Positions 63,784 through 64,000 of a DNA stretch of 64,000 nt are shown here, one piece after another. The DNA is taken from positions 192,001-256,000 of the forward strand of contig CAXXIN010000016.1 in the NCBI GenBank assembly GCA_963665275.2. The letters run 5' to 3'. The position numbers and the translations under genes were made by a program. The notes beneath the pieces were generated by a model. It worked only from the letters and a program-made list of their open reading frames with translations. It ran no database searches and had not been told where the DNA came from. How positions within the stretch are numbered: position 1 is the first letter of the stretch; every line of letters starts with the position of its first letter. Source of the DNA: Negativicutes bacterium. GTDB taxonomy: Bacteria > Bacillota > Negativicutes > UBA1444.

Positions 63784-64000
63784 CCTGATGAAACTGGCAA
63801 GAGTACTGCAATAAAAAAAATCTGGCAGGTAATTGGAAACCGGAAGACGAAGAAATAGAAGAACATTTTTTTTCGAAAGGGCTAAGGGATTTGAACGAGC
63901 AGAGCAGTCAAAAAGAAACAACTGACAAAGAAATTCAAAGTCAACTACGGGGATTGGTATTGTGGGAACTTGTATTCGATGGTGTCATAAGTTATCGCGA

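Overview
A chromosomal window from an anaerobic Firmicute. A Negativicutes/Sporomusaceae-like host is inferred from gene content and GGAGG ribosome-binding sites. Many conserved genes are split by single-base frameshifts, which most likely reflects long-read assembly error. 1-26 kb holds housekeeping and stress genes: M20 amidohydrolase, topB, hrpB, a receiver/PEP-binding regulator ahead of gdhA, an ECF transporter with an EcfT-QueT fusion, an MhqR-type module, nudC and cadC-cadA. It also holds a candidate stand-alone ~240-nt RNA. 26.6-28.4 kb encodes a radical SAM/SPASM maturase coupled to a Tat-signal peptide whose six-Cys core resembles the SCIFF ranthipeptide motif, and this is the strongest candidate for a new system. 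28.8-40.2 kb is a Mop-type aldehyde oxidoreductase with a DVU_1551-1559-like (TrsS) gene cluster and a split XdhC. 42.6-64 kb is an accessory, decaying region. It contains gene fragments, cargo genes flanked by direct repeats, a truncated tyrosine integrase next to a tRNA-Val 3' fragment with arm-type repeats, and a dinB cassette whose polymerase has been replaced by a DJ-1/PfpI gene. Within it, an AT-rich island carries a candidate defence operon (SAP-domain protein, wHTH-Zn-ribbon protein, and a helical protein joined to it by an A9 slippery run). All family names come from motif recognition by eye, not from database searches.
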